Assembly: GCA_965218435.1 (NCBI GenBank)
Contig: CBDCKW010000009.1
Span: 1,600,001-1,664,000, forward strand
DNA: 64,000 nucleotides
From: Truepera sp.
GTDB lineage: Bacteria; Deinococcota; Deinococci; Deinococcales; Trueperaceae
Reading direction: 5' to 3'
The translations under genes and the position numbers were made by a program. Under the pieces are notes generated by a model. The model had not been told where the DNA came from, did no database searches, and saw only the letters and a list, made by a program, of their open reading frames with translations. The stretch's first letter is position 1; each line of letters opens with the position of its first letter. Of this stretch, positions 42,453 to 51,506 are shown piece by piece.

Positions 42453-43187
42453 ATGTCTTTTTCAACTAAACCTGAGCCACTCTTTAAGCGACCGCTCGAG
42501 CTAAACGGGGGCGTTTATCAAGCACTTGCGGGACGCCCCCACGTCCCACTCGCGCAGAGCAGCAACTTTTTACCGCTGACTGCGGCGGTGTACGAACCAC
42601 TGTGGCGGATACGGTCGCTGTCGCTTCTAACCGGGGGAAGTTTTAGCACGGTGCGCGAACTAGAGCTGATGCTCGCTTGGCTTAAACCCAAACCGGGTGA
42701 ACGCATCTTAGACGCCGCCGCTTCGGGTGGGCTTTACGCCCGGACACTTTTAGCACACACGCCGGGGCTCGAGGTTCACGAAGTTGATTACAGCCCCGCG
42801 TTTCTCAACCAAGCTCAGCAGTACGCCAAACGTGACGGCGTTGAGCCCATCTTTGTTCGGGCCGATGTGCGCGTGCTCCCCTACCGCGACGCCGTATTTG
42901 ACGCGCTCGTCTGCGGCGGTTCACTCAACGAGTTTACCGATCTGCCGCAAACCCTCACCGAGTTTGCACGGGTGCTCAGACCGGACGGGAAGATGTGGCA
43001 GATGTATATTACCAAGGCGCAGAACTGGCCGGGACGGTTGGGGCAGGGCCTGATCAGGCTTTCGGGACTGCGGTTTATTGAGCCTAATAAGCTGGAACGC
43101 GAGGCGCAAAAAGTGGGGTTTGGGCTCGAGCAAGCCCAGTACCGGGGACCCATAGCCTTAGCCTTATTTCGGCTCACGAGACCTTAA
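42453..43187 (+). CDS. Class I SAM-dependent methyltransferase
   Basis: ILDAASGGG, D.S, AD...LPY....FD and RVLRP.G. Confidence 0.85.
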   Translation: MSFSTKPEPLFKRPLELNGGVYQALAGRPHVPLAQSSNFLPLTAAVYEPLWRIRSLSLLTGGSFSTVRELELMLAWLKPKPGERILDAAASGGLYARTLLAHTPGLEVHEVDYSPAFLNQAQQYAKRDGVEPIFVRADVRVLPYRDAVFDALVCGGSLNEFTDLPQTLTEFARVLRPDGKMWQMYITKAQNWPGRLGQGLIRLSGLRFIEPNKLEREAQKVGFGLEQAQYRGPIALALFRLTRP

Positions 43188-43278
43188 TGACAGCTAAAAT
43201 TGTGTGCATTGTTGCAATAGAATTGTAGGTTGTGTCATACTGTGAGCAAGCAGCAAACGCTTGAGGGAGGAGAAAATA

Positions 43279-43530
43279 GTGAATTTCATCTTGTGGCTGA
43301 TTATCGGGGCGCTGGCCGGTTGGATTGCTAGCTTAATCATGAAGACTAACGCCGAGCAAGGCTTACTGCTCGATATTGTCGTTGGTATTATCGGCGCTTT
43401 CATCGGCGGCTGGGTTGTAAGCTTTTTCGGCGTCAACGCCAACGCTAACTTGGTAGTTAGTTTAATTACCGCAGTTATCGGCGCTGTCATCTTGCTAGCT
43501 ATCGTCAAAGCTGTTCGCAGAAGCACCTAA
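43279..43530 (+). CDS. GlsB/YeaQ/YmgE family stress-response membrane protein
   Basis: I.W.IIG..AGW.A...M and DIVVGIIGA.IGG; GGAGG SD before the GTG start. Confidence 0.92.
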   Translation: MNFILWLIIGALAGWIASLIMKTNAEQGLLLDIVVGIIGAFIGGWVVSFFGVNANANLVVSLITAVIGAVILLAIVKAVRRST

Positions 43531-43550
43531 GAGAGACGCTCTAAAGCTCG

Positions 43551-43575
43551 AGCCTGGACTTGTCCGGGCTTTTTT
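43551..43575 (+). terminator. Rho-independent terminator
   Basis: AGCCTGGAC/GTCCGGGCT stem followed by a T run. Confidence 0.75.
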
Positions 43576-43592
43576 ATTGTGGCCTGAGTTAA

Positions 43593-43687
43593 GCGTCATC
43601 GGCACTGAGTCGGCTACTCACCGATGTCACCCTAGAACGTACGTGCCAGGGTAAGAAGTTCGCCGATGACGCACTTTTCGCAAAGCG
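43593..43687 (-). ncRNA. Candidate structured small RNA (three-way junction)
   Basis: An 11-bp closing stem, two internal hairpins, a 5' GCGA tetraloop hairpin and a TATAGT -10 box at 43694-43699. No family recognised. Confidence 0.45.
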
Positions 43688-43881
43688 GAGAGAACTATAG
43701 CAGGTATCAGCTGGTTTGAGTGTACGAAGTTCTGCGGAGCAACGCTCCTAGTAGGTCAAGCGTAGTTTAGCACACACATTCTGAGATGACTCCTGCGAGA
43801 TTCGTGCTCAGTGTTTATGATAATCGCTCTATAAAACATCGTTTAACGGCTTGTTGTCGAGGGCAAGGTTAGGGGTTAAAG

Positions 43882-44622
43882 TCAGCGGCTGAGATAGAGG
43901 TCAAAACGGGTATTTTTACTCTCGAGCTTTCCCTGCGGTTGCATGTCACCTAACCAGGGGGCTCCAGCAGGACGTTTGACGACTACCCGTTCGAGCGCCA
44001 CACGCCGCGCTGCCGCTAAGAGTTCGGTGGCGTCCTCGTCGGCACCGACGAGTTGCCGAAACAGCTGCATCTCTTTTTTTTGTAACGCCTGCTTGTTCGT
44101 ATGCGGATACATCGGGTCAAGGTAGATAACCTCAGGGAGCTCACTCAGAGCCTCGAGATAATCCACCGCGTCACCCCTATAGAGCGTCATCCGAGCTGCG
44201 ATGTCGGCAACCTCGGAGGTATGGGCGCGGCGCAGCGCGTCGTCTAACAGTGCGTAGGCGATGGGCGAACGCTCGAGCAGCGTCACCCTTGCGCCCAAAG
44301 ATGCCAACACAAAGGCGTCACGCCCGAGCCCCGCCGTCGCGTCAACCACAGTGGGTGAAGTGAAGCCTTTAGGGAACACAGCCTTGGCTAAAAGCTGTCC
44401 GCGCCCACCCCCGTATTTGCGGCGATAGTCGGCGCGGCCCTGTACAAAGTCAGCGTAGACCGGCCCCGGCGCGTGTAGGCCGGTTTGACGAAGCTCGAGC
44501 TTCTCTCCCGTCAGATAAAGCAGCGCGTCCTGAACGTCACCCATAAGGGGCAGATCGAGCCGCGCTGCAAGTGCCTGAGCTTCAGCCTCGAACCCCTCGG
44601 CCCAGCCGACCGCGACCTTCAT
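43882..44622 (-). CDS. rsmJ: 16S rRNA m2G1516 methyltransferase RsmJ-like
   Basis: DATAGLGRDAFVLASLG, YLDPMYP, VVVKRP and RFDLY. Confidence 0.85.
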   Translation of the reverse strand: MKVAVGWAEGFEAEAQALAARLDLPLMGDVQDALLYLTGEKLELRQTGLHAPGPVYADFVQGRADYRRKYGGGRGQLLAKAVFPKGFTSPTVVDATAGLGRDAFVLASLGARVTLLERSPIAYALLDDALRRAHTSEVADIAARMTLYRGDAVDYLEALSELPEVIYLDPMYPHTNKQALQKKEMQLFRQLVGADEDATELLAAARRVALERVVVKRPAGAPWLGDMQPQGKLESKNTRFDLYLSR

Positions 44623-44636
44623 TTCTTCTGACGCGC

Positions 44637-45305
44637 CTAACGCGCAGCGTCGGCGACCGGCTCGAGCAGTTCCCATAACGCCGCGTCGGTGAAGTCACGA
44701 ATCACCAGCGTCGCCCCCGCCGCTCTCAGCACCTCGGGGCGCTGCGTCGTCGCCATGCCGACCGTCAAGATACCTGCAGCTACCCCGGATTTAACGCCGC
44801 TCGCCGAATCTTCAAAGACGATGGCTTGTTCGGGGGCGACGCCTAGAAGTTCTAACGCAGTGGTGTAGGGCAGCGGATCGGGTTTGCCGCGCGGCAGTTC
44901 GTCGGCGTAGACCTCGGGCTCGAGTGCCCCGGTCAGTTTAACGGCCGCGAGCAGATAAGCCGCGTTCTCCCGTGGGGCGCTCGTCACCAGTGCTTGCGCC
45001 AAGCCCTGCTTTTTAGCCCACGCCAGCAGGTCAGAGAGCCCCGCCAGCGGTTCCCACGTCGCTTGGGTCTCCCTAAACGTCGTCTCTTTCCGGTTCATGA
45101 GGTCACGCCGATAATCGTCGTTTTCATCGGGAAAATAGTCGCGCAAGATTTCCATATTGGGCCGCCCGGCCATTCTAGCGTCGTATTCATCCCGGTCTAA
45201 AGGTATCCCGAGGTCGGCGAGCACTTTGACGTAGGCGTCATAGTGTTGATTGTCGGTATCTATGAGGGTACCGTCCATGTCGAAGATAAGCGCACGTAGG
45301 TTCAT
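44637..45305 (-). CDS. HAD-IA family phosphatase
   Basis: FDMDGTL, VTS, KPDP and FEDS..G. Confidence 0.92.
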   Translation of the reverse strand: MNLRALIFDMDGTLIDTDNQHYDAYVKVLADLGIPLDRDEYDARMAGRPNMEILRDYFPDENDDYRRDLMNRKETTFRETQATWEPLAGLSDLLAWAKKQGLAQALVTSAPRENAAYLLAAVKLTGALEPEVYADELPRGKPDPLPYTTALELLGVAPEQAIVFEDSASGVKSGVAAGILTVGMATTQRPEVLRAAGATLVIRDFTDAALWELLEPVADAAR

Positions 45306-45527
45306 AACGAGCAGTCTACCGTCTTGTACATGTAACCTTCCAAACAGATGAGCTGAGCGTCCCGAATTCGTGTCCATCAGGGGGTTCACAGCGCCCGGCA
45401 AAGGTGCTACTATTCGGCTATACACGCGCCGTAGAATCCTGTGTGTTTTTGCGCTATAGCCTAAAAATCGTAAGTTGAGAGCGACAAGTATTTAATATTC
45501 ACAAGTTGTTTAATACAGGAGGTTTAG

Positions 45528-46844
45528 ATGAGCAACCAGAGCCTAGCCGAACGCCGCCACCGGGCGGTCTCCCCTGCGGCCTACTCAACGCACCCGATTT
45601 ATCCGACTAAAGCCGAAGGTGCTTACGTCTGGGACGCCGACGGTAACAAATACCTCGATTGGACAGTCGGCATTGCGGTGATGAACGTCGGGCACTCGCA
45701 TCCAAAGGTGATCGAGGCTGTTAAAAAGCAAGCCGAAGACTTTCAACACCTCTGCTTTGCGGTGGGGATGAACGAAACCTATATTCAGCTCGCGGAGAAG
45801 CTCAACGAAATTGCGCCGGGGCCGTCGGAGAAGCGCACCTTTTTGGTCAATTCAGGGGCGGAGGCGGTTGAAAATGCGGTCAAAATCGCTCGAGTCGCTA
45901 CCGGACGGCAGGGCATCGTCGCGTTTACGCACGCGTTTCACGGACGCACCCATATGGCGCTGTCGCTCACCGCGAAGGCCAACCCGTATAAAGCTGGGTT
46001 CGCCCCCCGCGCTGCCGAGGTCTACCGCGCCCGCTACCCTTACGTCTACCGCAACACCTGGGGTTTGACTGACGAAACCGAAGTCGCGGAGAAGGCGTTG
46101 TCGGCGCTGAAAGAGCAGGTCAAGTACACCATCGGTGAGGGCGAAGTTGCCGCGTTCCTCATCGAACCCGTCGCGGGTGAAGGCGGCTTTATCCCGGCCC
46201 CGAGAGCATTTTTAGAAGGGCTGCAAGCCTACGCCAAAGAGATCGGCGCACTCTGGATTGACGACGAAGTGCAATCCGGTATCGGGCGTACCGGCGCGTG
46301 GTGGGTGGTGGACCACTATGGCCTCGAGCCCGACCTCATCACCTCAGCGAAGGCGCTCTCGTCAGGGTTTCCGCTCTCAGCTGTCATCGGCAAAGCCGAA
46401 GTGATGGACAAAATCGCGCCGGGTCAGCTCGGCAGTACCTTCGGCGGCAACCCCGTCAGCTGTGCGGCGGCGCTCGCCACACTCTCAGTTATTGAAGACG
46501 AGGGTTTGTTGGAGCGTGCCCAAGAAATCGGTGCAGCGGCGACTGACAAGCTCAAAGCGTTGCAAAAAGACCTGCCCAAAATCGGTGACGTGCGCGGCCT
46601 CGGCGCGATGGTTGGAATTGAATTTGTCACCGGCCCGGACAAAACGCCGAATCCCGAAGCGGCGCAAGCGGTGTTAGAGCACGCCCGCGGGGACGGGTTG
46701 CTGCTCTTAACAACCGGCACCTACAGCAACGTCATCCGGCTGCTGCCACCCATTCGCATGTCGGACGCGGAATTAAGCGAAGGGTTAGAGAAGCTCGAGC
46801 GGGCTATCCGCGCAGTTTTGGAGCCGGTCGCCGTCGGCGCGTAA
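45528..46844 (+). CDS. gabT: 4-aminobutyrate aminotransferase-like class III aminotransferase
   Basis: NSGAEAVENAVKIAR, FHGRT, EPV.GEGGF, DEVQSG.GRTG and PLP lysine in SAKAL. Confidence 0.85.
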   Translation: MSNQSLAERRHRAVSPAAYSTHPIYPTKAEGAYVWDADGNKYLDWTVGIAVMNVGHSHPKVIEAVKKQAEDFQHLCFAVGMNETYIQLAEKLNEIAPGPSEKRTFLVNSGAEAVENAVKIARVATGRQGIVAFTHAFHGRTHMALSLTAKANPYKAGFAPRAAEVYRARYPYVYRNTWGLTDETEVAEKALSALKEQVKYTIGEGEVAAFLIEPVAGEGGFIPAPRAFLEGLQAYAKEIGALWIDDEVQSGIGRTGAWWVVDHYGLEPDLITSAKALSSGFPLSAVIGKAEVMDKIAPGQLGSTFGGNPVSCAAALATLSVIEDEGLLERAQEIGAAATDKLKALQKDLPKIGDVRGLGAMVGIEFVTGPDKTPNPEAAQAVLEHARGDGLLLLTTGTYSNVIRLLPPIRMSDAELSEGLEKLERAIRAVLEPVAVGA

Positions 46845-46862
46845 AAGTTTCCAGTTTAGAAG

Positions 46863-46895
46863 ATAGTCAGGCTTTCGGGTCTGACTATTTTATTT
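46863..46895 (+). terminator. Terminator between convergent genes
   Basis: ATAGTCAGGC/GTCTGACTAT stem followed by TTTATTT. Confidence 0.7.
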
Positions 46896-47930
46896 CACGC
46901 CTAAGAAACGGCGCTTCACCGTTTGAACAACCTCGTCAAGAGCTTCGGACCCAGCGTCAACACCCGTATTGCAGGCGGCAACGACGGCAAAACCCAAAGC
47001 AGGCGCTAACAAGTTGACGGCCTTCGATCTGTTATTTGAACCCGCGTGTCCAAGCAGTTTTCCCGGTGCCCAGTCGCTCTCAAGAGCTCCCCAACCCAAG
47101 GCGTAAACATCGAGGACGGGGGTGTGGAGCAGCTCGAGCGTCTCTTTGCTTACCAACTTGGGCGCACCTGTCAAATGGAACGCTGCGTGACGGGCAAAGT
47201 CTACAACGGACATATGAACACAACCTGCAGGAGAGATGACAGGCGGCATGTCTGCCTCCGGCCCAGGTTCAACGGGTTCAGGGTCATGACCCCAAGGTTC
47301 GTCAATGTTGCCGGGTGTACCCGCCGCCCCAAATCCGGCTGAGGTCAGACCGAGAGGTGTAAAAACTTCGGTTTGCAACAGCGTTTCAAACGGGGTTTGC
47401 GTTACTCTTTCAAACGTTGCGCCAGCCGTGACATAGCCCATGTTTGAGTATTCGAACGTGCTTCCCGGCGGCGTTCGGGGTTCCCTGCGCAGAAGTTCGG
47501 GGACGACGACCTCGAGCCGGTCGTTCATAGGCGTATCGTCAGCGCCAAAAACAAGGTTTACCAGCTCGGGGTCTTCAGCTTCCGAATCGGTAAACGCGGG
47601 CATTCCGGCAGTGTGCGACAAAAGCTGTTTAAGCGTCACCGGTTGATAACCGGGATGAATGTCCAACTCAGGAAAAACCTCGAGTAACGGCGTCTCCCAC
47701 GACAGTAGCCCGTGCTCGACCAAAACCCCTGCCAAGGTCGCGGTCATCGCCTTCGTACACGACCCGATATGGTACTTGTCGTTGACCGTCACGGGTGTGT
47801 CGTCGCCGCGTTTACGAACGCCTGCTGCGCCCACAGCGCGAAGTTCTCCGTCAACGACCACAGCGGCAGCAACCGAAGGGACATCGTGGTGTTCTGAAAT
47901 CTCGGTTAGGATTTCGCTTAGGTCGTCCAT
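46890..47930 (-). CDS. Serine hydrolase, beta-lactamase family
   Basis: SxxK (SCTK), LLSHTAG, YSN and HAG; no signal peptide. Confidence 0.9.
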   Translation of the reverse strand: MDDLSEILTEISEHHDVPSVAAAVVVDGELRAVGAAGVRKRGDDTPVTVNDKYHIGSCTKAMTATLAGVLVEHGLLSWETPLLEVFPELDIHPGYQPVTLKQLLSHTAGMPAFTDSEAEDPELVNLVFGADDTPMNDRLEVVVPELLRREPRTPPGSTFEYSNMGYVTAGATFERVTQTPFETLLQTEVFTPLGLTSAGFGAAGTPGNIDEPWGHDPEPVEPGPEADMPPVISPAGCVHMSVVDFARHAAFHLTGAPKLVSKETLELLHTPVLDVYALGWGALESDWAPGKLLGHAGSNNRSKAVNLLAPALGFAVVAACNTGVDAGSEALDEVVQTVKRRFLGVK

Positions 47931-48072
47931 AGGTGACTTTAGCACCGCAGGAAAAGCGTTATACAGGAGTAAAAGGTTCTAGTTTTAGGGATAGCGATAA
48001 TGCAGTCGTTGCTTTATAGTTAGTGCGTGGGCGAATTTTTGGGCTATCTTGCCGTTTGGTCAAGGAAGAGCC

Positions 48073-48998
48073 GTGTTTTATAAACATTTTCTGCTCTTTG
48101 CTATGCTAGCTACTGCGTTGGCAAGCTGCGTTCCGGCTTCAACCATAAAGCCCAAAACTACAGTCACAGAAAATGCTAAATCCTCGGGTCAAGGTGTGGC
48201 AGCTTACGCCGAAGCACTAAGGCGGTTACAGTTGCGGCCAACAATAGGCAATCTCGATAAGGTGCTGACCGAAACATGGCCTGAGACGTATGCCGGATTC
48301 TGGATCACGACCCCGCGCAAACCTGGCGTGACGGTGGCTGCTAGCGGCAAACTCGACGATTACAGGTCTTTAATCAAGGGGACACCCTTTGAAGACCAAG
48401 TGACGATCATTCAGGTAAAGAAATCTTTACAGGCACTTGAGAATAAGCGCAAAGCAGCTACAGCTTACCTAAAAAGCCGCAGCATTGACTCAGCGGCTGA
48501 CGTAAACATCATGGAGAACCGCGTTACTATCTTTGTGGGTAACCCCCGTGAACTCAAGTCGTTGATGAAATCGGACTCGGTAGCGGCGGCAGCTCTTTCC
48601 GACGTGACCTTTATAAAGTATTTCGGATTTGGCCAGAAACTCGTTCAGCGCCCTGCTGCGGTCCAAGCAGGCAAAAGAGCAGTATAACTCTGCTCACTTA
48701 TGATTCCCCTACGCCGAGCAGTTTTCTGGTTGGAGGCTCCGGCATCTTAAAGGTTATTGACGGGTGTATTCGTATAACAGGACCCAACGATGATCAAGGC
48801 GCAACGATAGTGTTTCCGTTTTTATTTTCTTACCGCATCATAGAAGGAAAGCTCGAGCTTATCTACCGAGGCAAAGTCTACGCTCGAGAAGGTGACAGAG
48901 TAGTGTGGGGTGGATTTCCAGCTGGACCTTCGGCACCCGGCGATAAAAAGATACTTGGCGACGTTTCACGTTGTCCAGGAAGTTTCTTTTTTCACTGA
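48073..48998 (+). pseudogene. Lipoprotein gene apparently split by a frameshift (ORFs ending 48687 and 48998)
   Basis: Lipobox LASC. The -1 frame is open 48552-48998 with no start codon until 48810, and encodes a coherent domain (G.L.VIDGC.R...IVFP...AREGDRV.WGG...CPG). Confidence 0.55.
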
Positions 48999-49079
48999 TA
49001 ACATTAGAGTAGATCAGTCCCATCTGTTATGAAGCAGGTAGTCTCCCACCTGCCTCTTGAGTTTCTTTGAAGTAGCAGT

Positions 49080-50183
49080 TTAGAACGCAGGCGCAACCGT
49101 ATCGGTATGAACTACACGCTGCTCCGCATGACCATCTTGAAAGTGCGGCATCACCAGTTCCCCAAAGCGCCGCGCCTCCTCCAAGTGTGGGTAGCTCGAC
49201 AAGATAAAGGTGTCAATCCCCAGCTGCTGGTAGCTTTTAAGTTTATCTGCAACTTGCTGCGGGTCGCCGACAAGCGCCACGCCGACACCGCTCCTAGCGA
49301 GGCCGATCCCGGCCCAGAGGTGCGGCTCGACCATCAGGTCACCTTTAAGCCCCAGCTCAATCTGACGGCGCTGCCCGACTGAATCCACGTGTTTGTACGA
49401 CTCGAGAAATGCCTGCCGGACTTCAGGGTCAATCCGCGAGATCATCCGCTCGGCGGCGGCCCAAGCCTCGGCTTCGGTCTCCCGGACGATGACGTGCAAC
49501 CGGAGGCCGTAGCGGAGCGTGCGGCCGTACTCGGCGCTCAAGCTGTGCATCTTTTCTAACCGCTCTTTGATTATCTCCTGCGGTTCGCCCCACATCAGGT
49601 ACACATCGGCGAGTTCGGCGGCGATACGCTGTGCGGCGTCACTTGCGCCGCCAAAGTAGAGCGGGATGGTTTCAGGCGGTTTGGGGTCTACGACGGCGTT
49701 TTCAATCCGGTAGACGTTGCCTTCAAACGAGACCGGCGTTTCGCGCCAGAGTTTACGCAGCAGCAGCATAAATTCACGGGTACGTTCGTAACGCTGCGCG
49801 TGCGGCTCAAAGTCGCCGTACATGGCGTTTTCCGCAGGTGACGAGCCGGTCACGACGTTGATCCGGATACGTCCCGGAAAAAAGTTGGCAGCGGTAGCGA
49901 CCATCTTGGCGTACTGCGCGGGGTGGACCATACCGGGGCGTACCGCGAGCAGGAGTCCGGCCCCACGGGTACGGGCGAGCGCGGCGACGCCCGCCGTCCA
50001 AGTTTCGTTGTAATGATGGTAGTTGGTCGCCGTCAGCAGCGACGAAAACCCGGCTTCAGCCGCCGTTTCGATGATGCCGGAGAGGTACTCGAGAGTCGGT
50101 TTACGGGGTGAAAGTTCTTTGGTTCCGACAAACTCACCGTCGCGCGCGAGCTGACAAAACCACAAAAAGTCAGGGTCCAACAT
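49080..50183 (-). CDS. LLM-class flavin-dependent monooxygenase (SsuD/MsuD-like)
   Basis: AEAGF..LL, LLAVRPG, GR..INVVTG, LYFGGAS..A, YLMWGEP and FILS.YPHLEEA..FGE.V.P. Confidence 0.88.
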   Translation of the reverse strand: MLDPDFLWFCQLARDGEFVGTKELSPRKPTLEYLSGIIETAAEAGFSSLLTATNYHHYNETWTAGVAALARTRGAGLLLAVRPGMVHPAQYAKMVATAANFFPGRIRINVVTGSSPAENAMYGDFEPHAQRYERTREFMLLLRKLWRETPVSFEGNVYRIENAVVDPKPPETIPLYFGGASDAAQRIAAELADVYLMWGEPQEIIKERLEKMHSLSAEYGRTLRYGLRLHVIVRETEAEAWAAAERMISRIDPEVRQAFLESYKHVDSVGQRRQIELGLKGDLMVEPHLWAGIGLARSGVGVALVGDPQQVADKLKSYQQLGIDTFILSSYPHLEEARRFGELVMPHFQDGHAEQRVVHTDTVAPAF

Positions 50184-50315
50184 AAAACATCCTCCAGAAA
50201 AGCGTAGGTGCGCTTACACTCGAGTCTACACCTCATCCTTAAAGGTTTGTCCAGACAATTGACCTACGGCTGACGCACCCGTCGGCCTGAGCAGACCGTG
50301 TGGACGCGCCGCAGC

Positions 50316-50762
50316 TTACAAAAGCAGTTCCGGCTGCGCCGCGCCAGGTAAACTCAGGGTGTCACGTAATGAGGTGGTGTCGAGCACGCGCAGCGTCGCG
50401 GCTTTGACCTCGAGCATCACCGCCCGCACCTCACAGGTCGCTTCGTCGCACTCTTCACAGCGCCGGTAATAACGTTTCGAGGCGCAAGGTAGGGGCGCAA
50501 GTGCCCCTTCAAAGATGCGGATCACGCGGCCCAAATAGATGTCTTCGGGGGGCTGCGCGAGCCAGTAACCACCACCGCGCCCTTTTTTACTCTGCAACAC
50601 GCCGTGGCGTTTAAGCTCGAGCAAGATCAGCTCTAAAAATTTTCTCGAAATCCCCTCCGACTCGGCGATGTTGGTAATCAAGACCGGGCCACGCCCATGA
50701 TGTTTGGCCAAAAAAACCAGTGCTTTCAGGGCGTACTTGGCCTTTTGCGTCAGCGAGATCAT
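50316..50762 (-). CDS. Rrf2 family transcriptional regulator
   Basis: KYALKAL..LA, IS.KFLE.IL..L, S.KG.GGGY.LA and a C-terminal Cys cluster. Confidence 0.92.
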   Translation of the reverse strand: MISLTQKAKYALKALVFLAKHHGRGPVLITNIAESEGISRKFLELILLELKRHGVLQSKKGRGGGYWLAQPPEDIYLGRVIRIFEGALAPLPCASKRYYRRCEECDEATCEVRAVMLEVKAATLRVLDTTSLRDTLSLPGAAQPELLL

Positions 50763-50920
50763 CTTCTTAAGCCTAGCAGATAGCCCATCCGCGCGTAGGC
50801 TTGTCCCACGCTCGCCGGTAAACCGTGTGCTTACAGCAGCCTGTAAAACTCCCAGCTAGAGGCTCAGCTGTTAAGCAGACGGCTTTTGGAAACCTCTACT
50901 CGTGAGCAGCCAAGCGGGTC

Positions 50921-51361
50921 CTAAACCTCGAGCAGACTTTCATCAAGTCGCACGTCCGTATAGGAGCGCTCGCCCAGCAGATATTTGAGGGCACTCTCAT
51001 AATGTTGCGGCAAAAGAACGCTGCGGCTGCCTAAATGACCCTCGAGCCGCCCTACTGAAAACCGCTCCTGAAAGACGCGGGTCATGTCCTGCGCCGATAA
51101 GAGCTGCGGGCTAAAGACGCCCAAACAGACGAGCCGCCGCCCGGCAAAGGTATGCAGCGTCAGGTGCGCTTCAGGCCGCGCCAAGCCAACCGACACCCCG
51201 TCCGGGAACCAATAGCTGACCTTGACCGGCTCGTCGTTACTAGGGCCGAGTACACCCAAAAGTTGCCACGCCGCGCCGATGACCCAGCCTTCGTCAAGCA
51301 GCGGGGCCGACACGCCGTAGCCGTCAACCATCATATGTGCGCCGTAGCCGAGTGAATCCAT
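50921..51361 (-). CDS. S-adenosylmethionine decarboxylase (SpeD)-like protein lacking catalytic residues
   Basis: G.G.H..VDGY N-terminus, DGVS.....EAH..LHTF (normally ESH) and FSP (normally FSC). Confidence 0.7.
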   Translation of the reverse strand: MDSLGYGAHMMVDGYGVSAPLLDEGWVIGAAWQLLGVLGPSNDEPVKVSYWFPDGVSVGLARPEAHLTLHTFAGRRLVCLGVFSPQLLSAQDMTRVFQERFSVGRLEGHLGSRSVLLPQHYESALKYLLGERSYTDVRLDESLLEV

Positions 51362-51506
51362 GGTTTCAGCGTATCACGGGCGCATTGGGTTCTAAACTGG
51401 GTTCTGCTAAAGAAGTCAGAACCCAGACAAAAGTCAGTAACGCGAGAAAACAGCTCTCCCATAGCACTACCGAGACATTGACTGCGGTATGGAAACGTCC
51501 GGTAGC

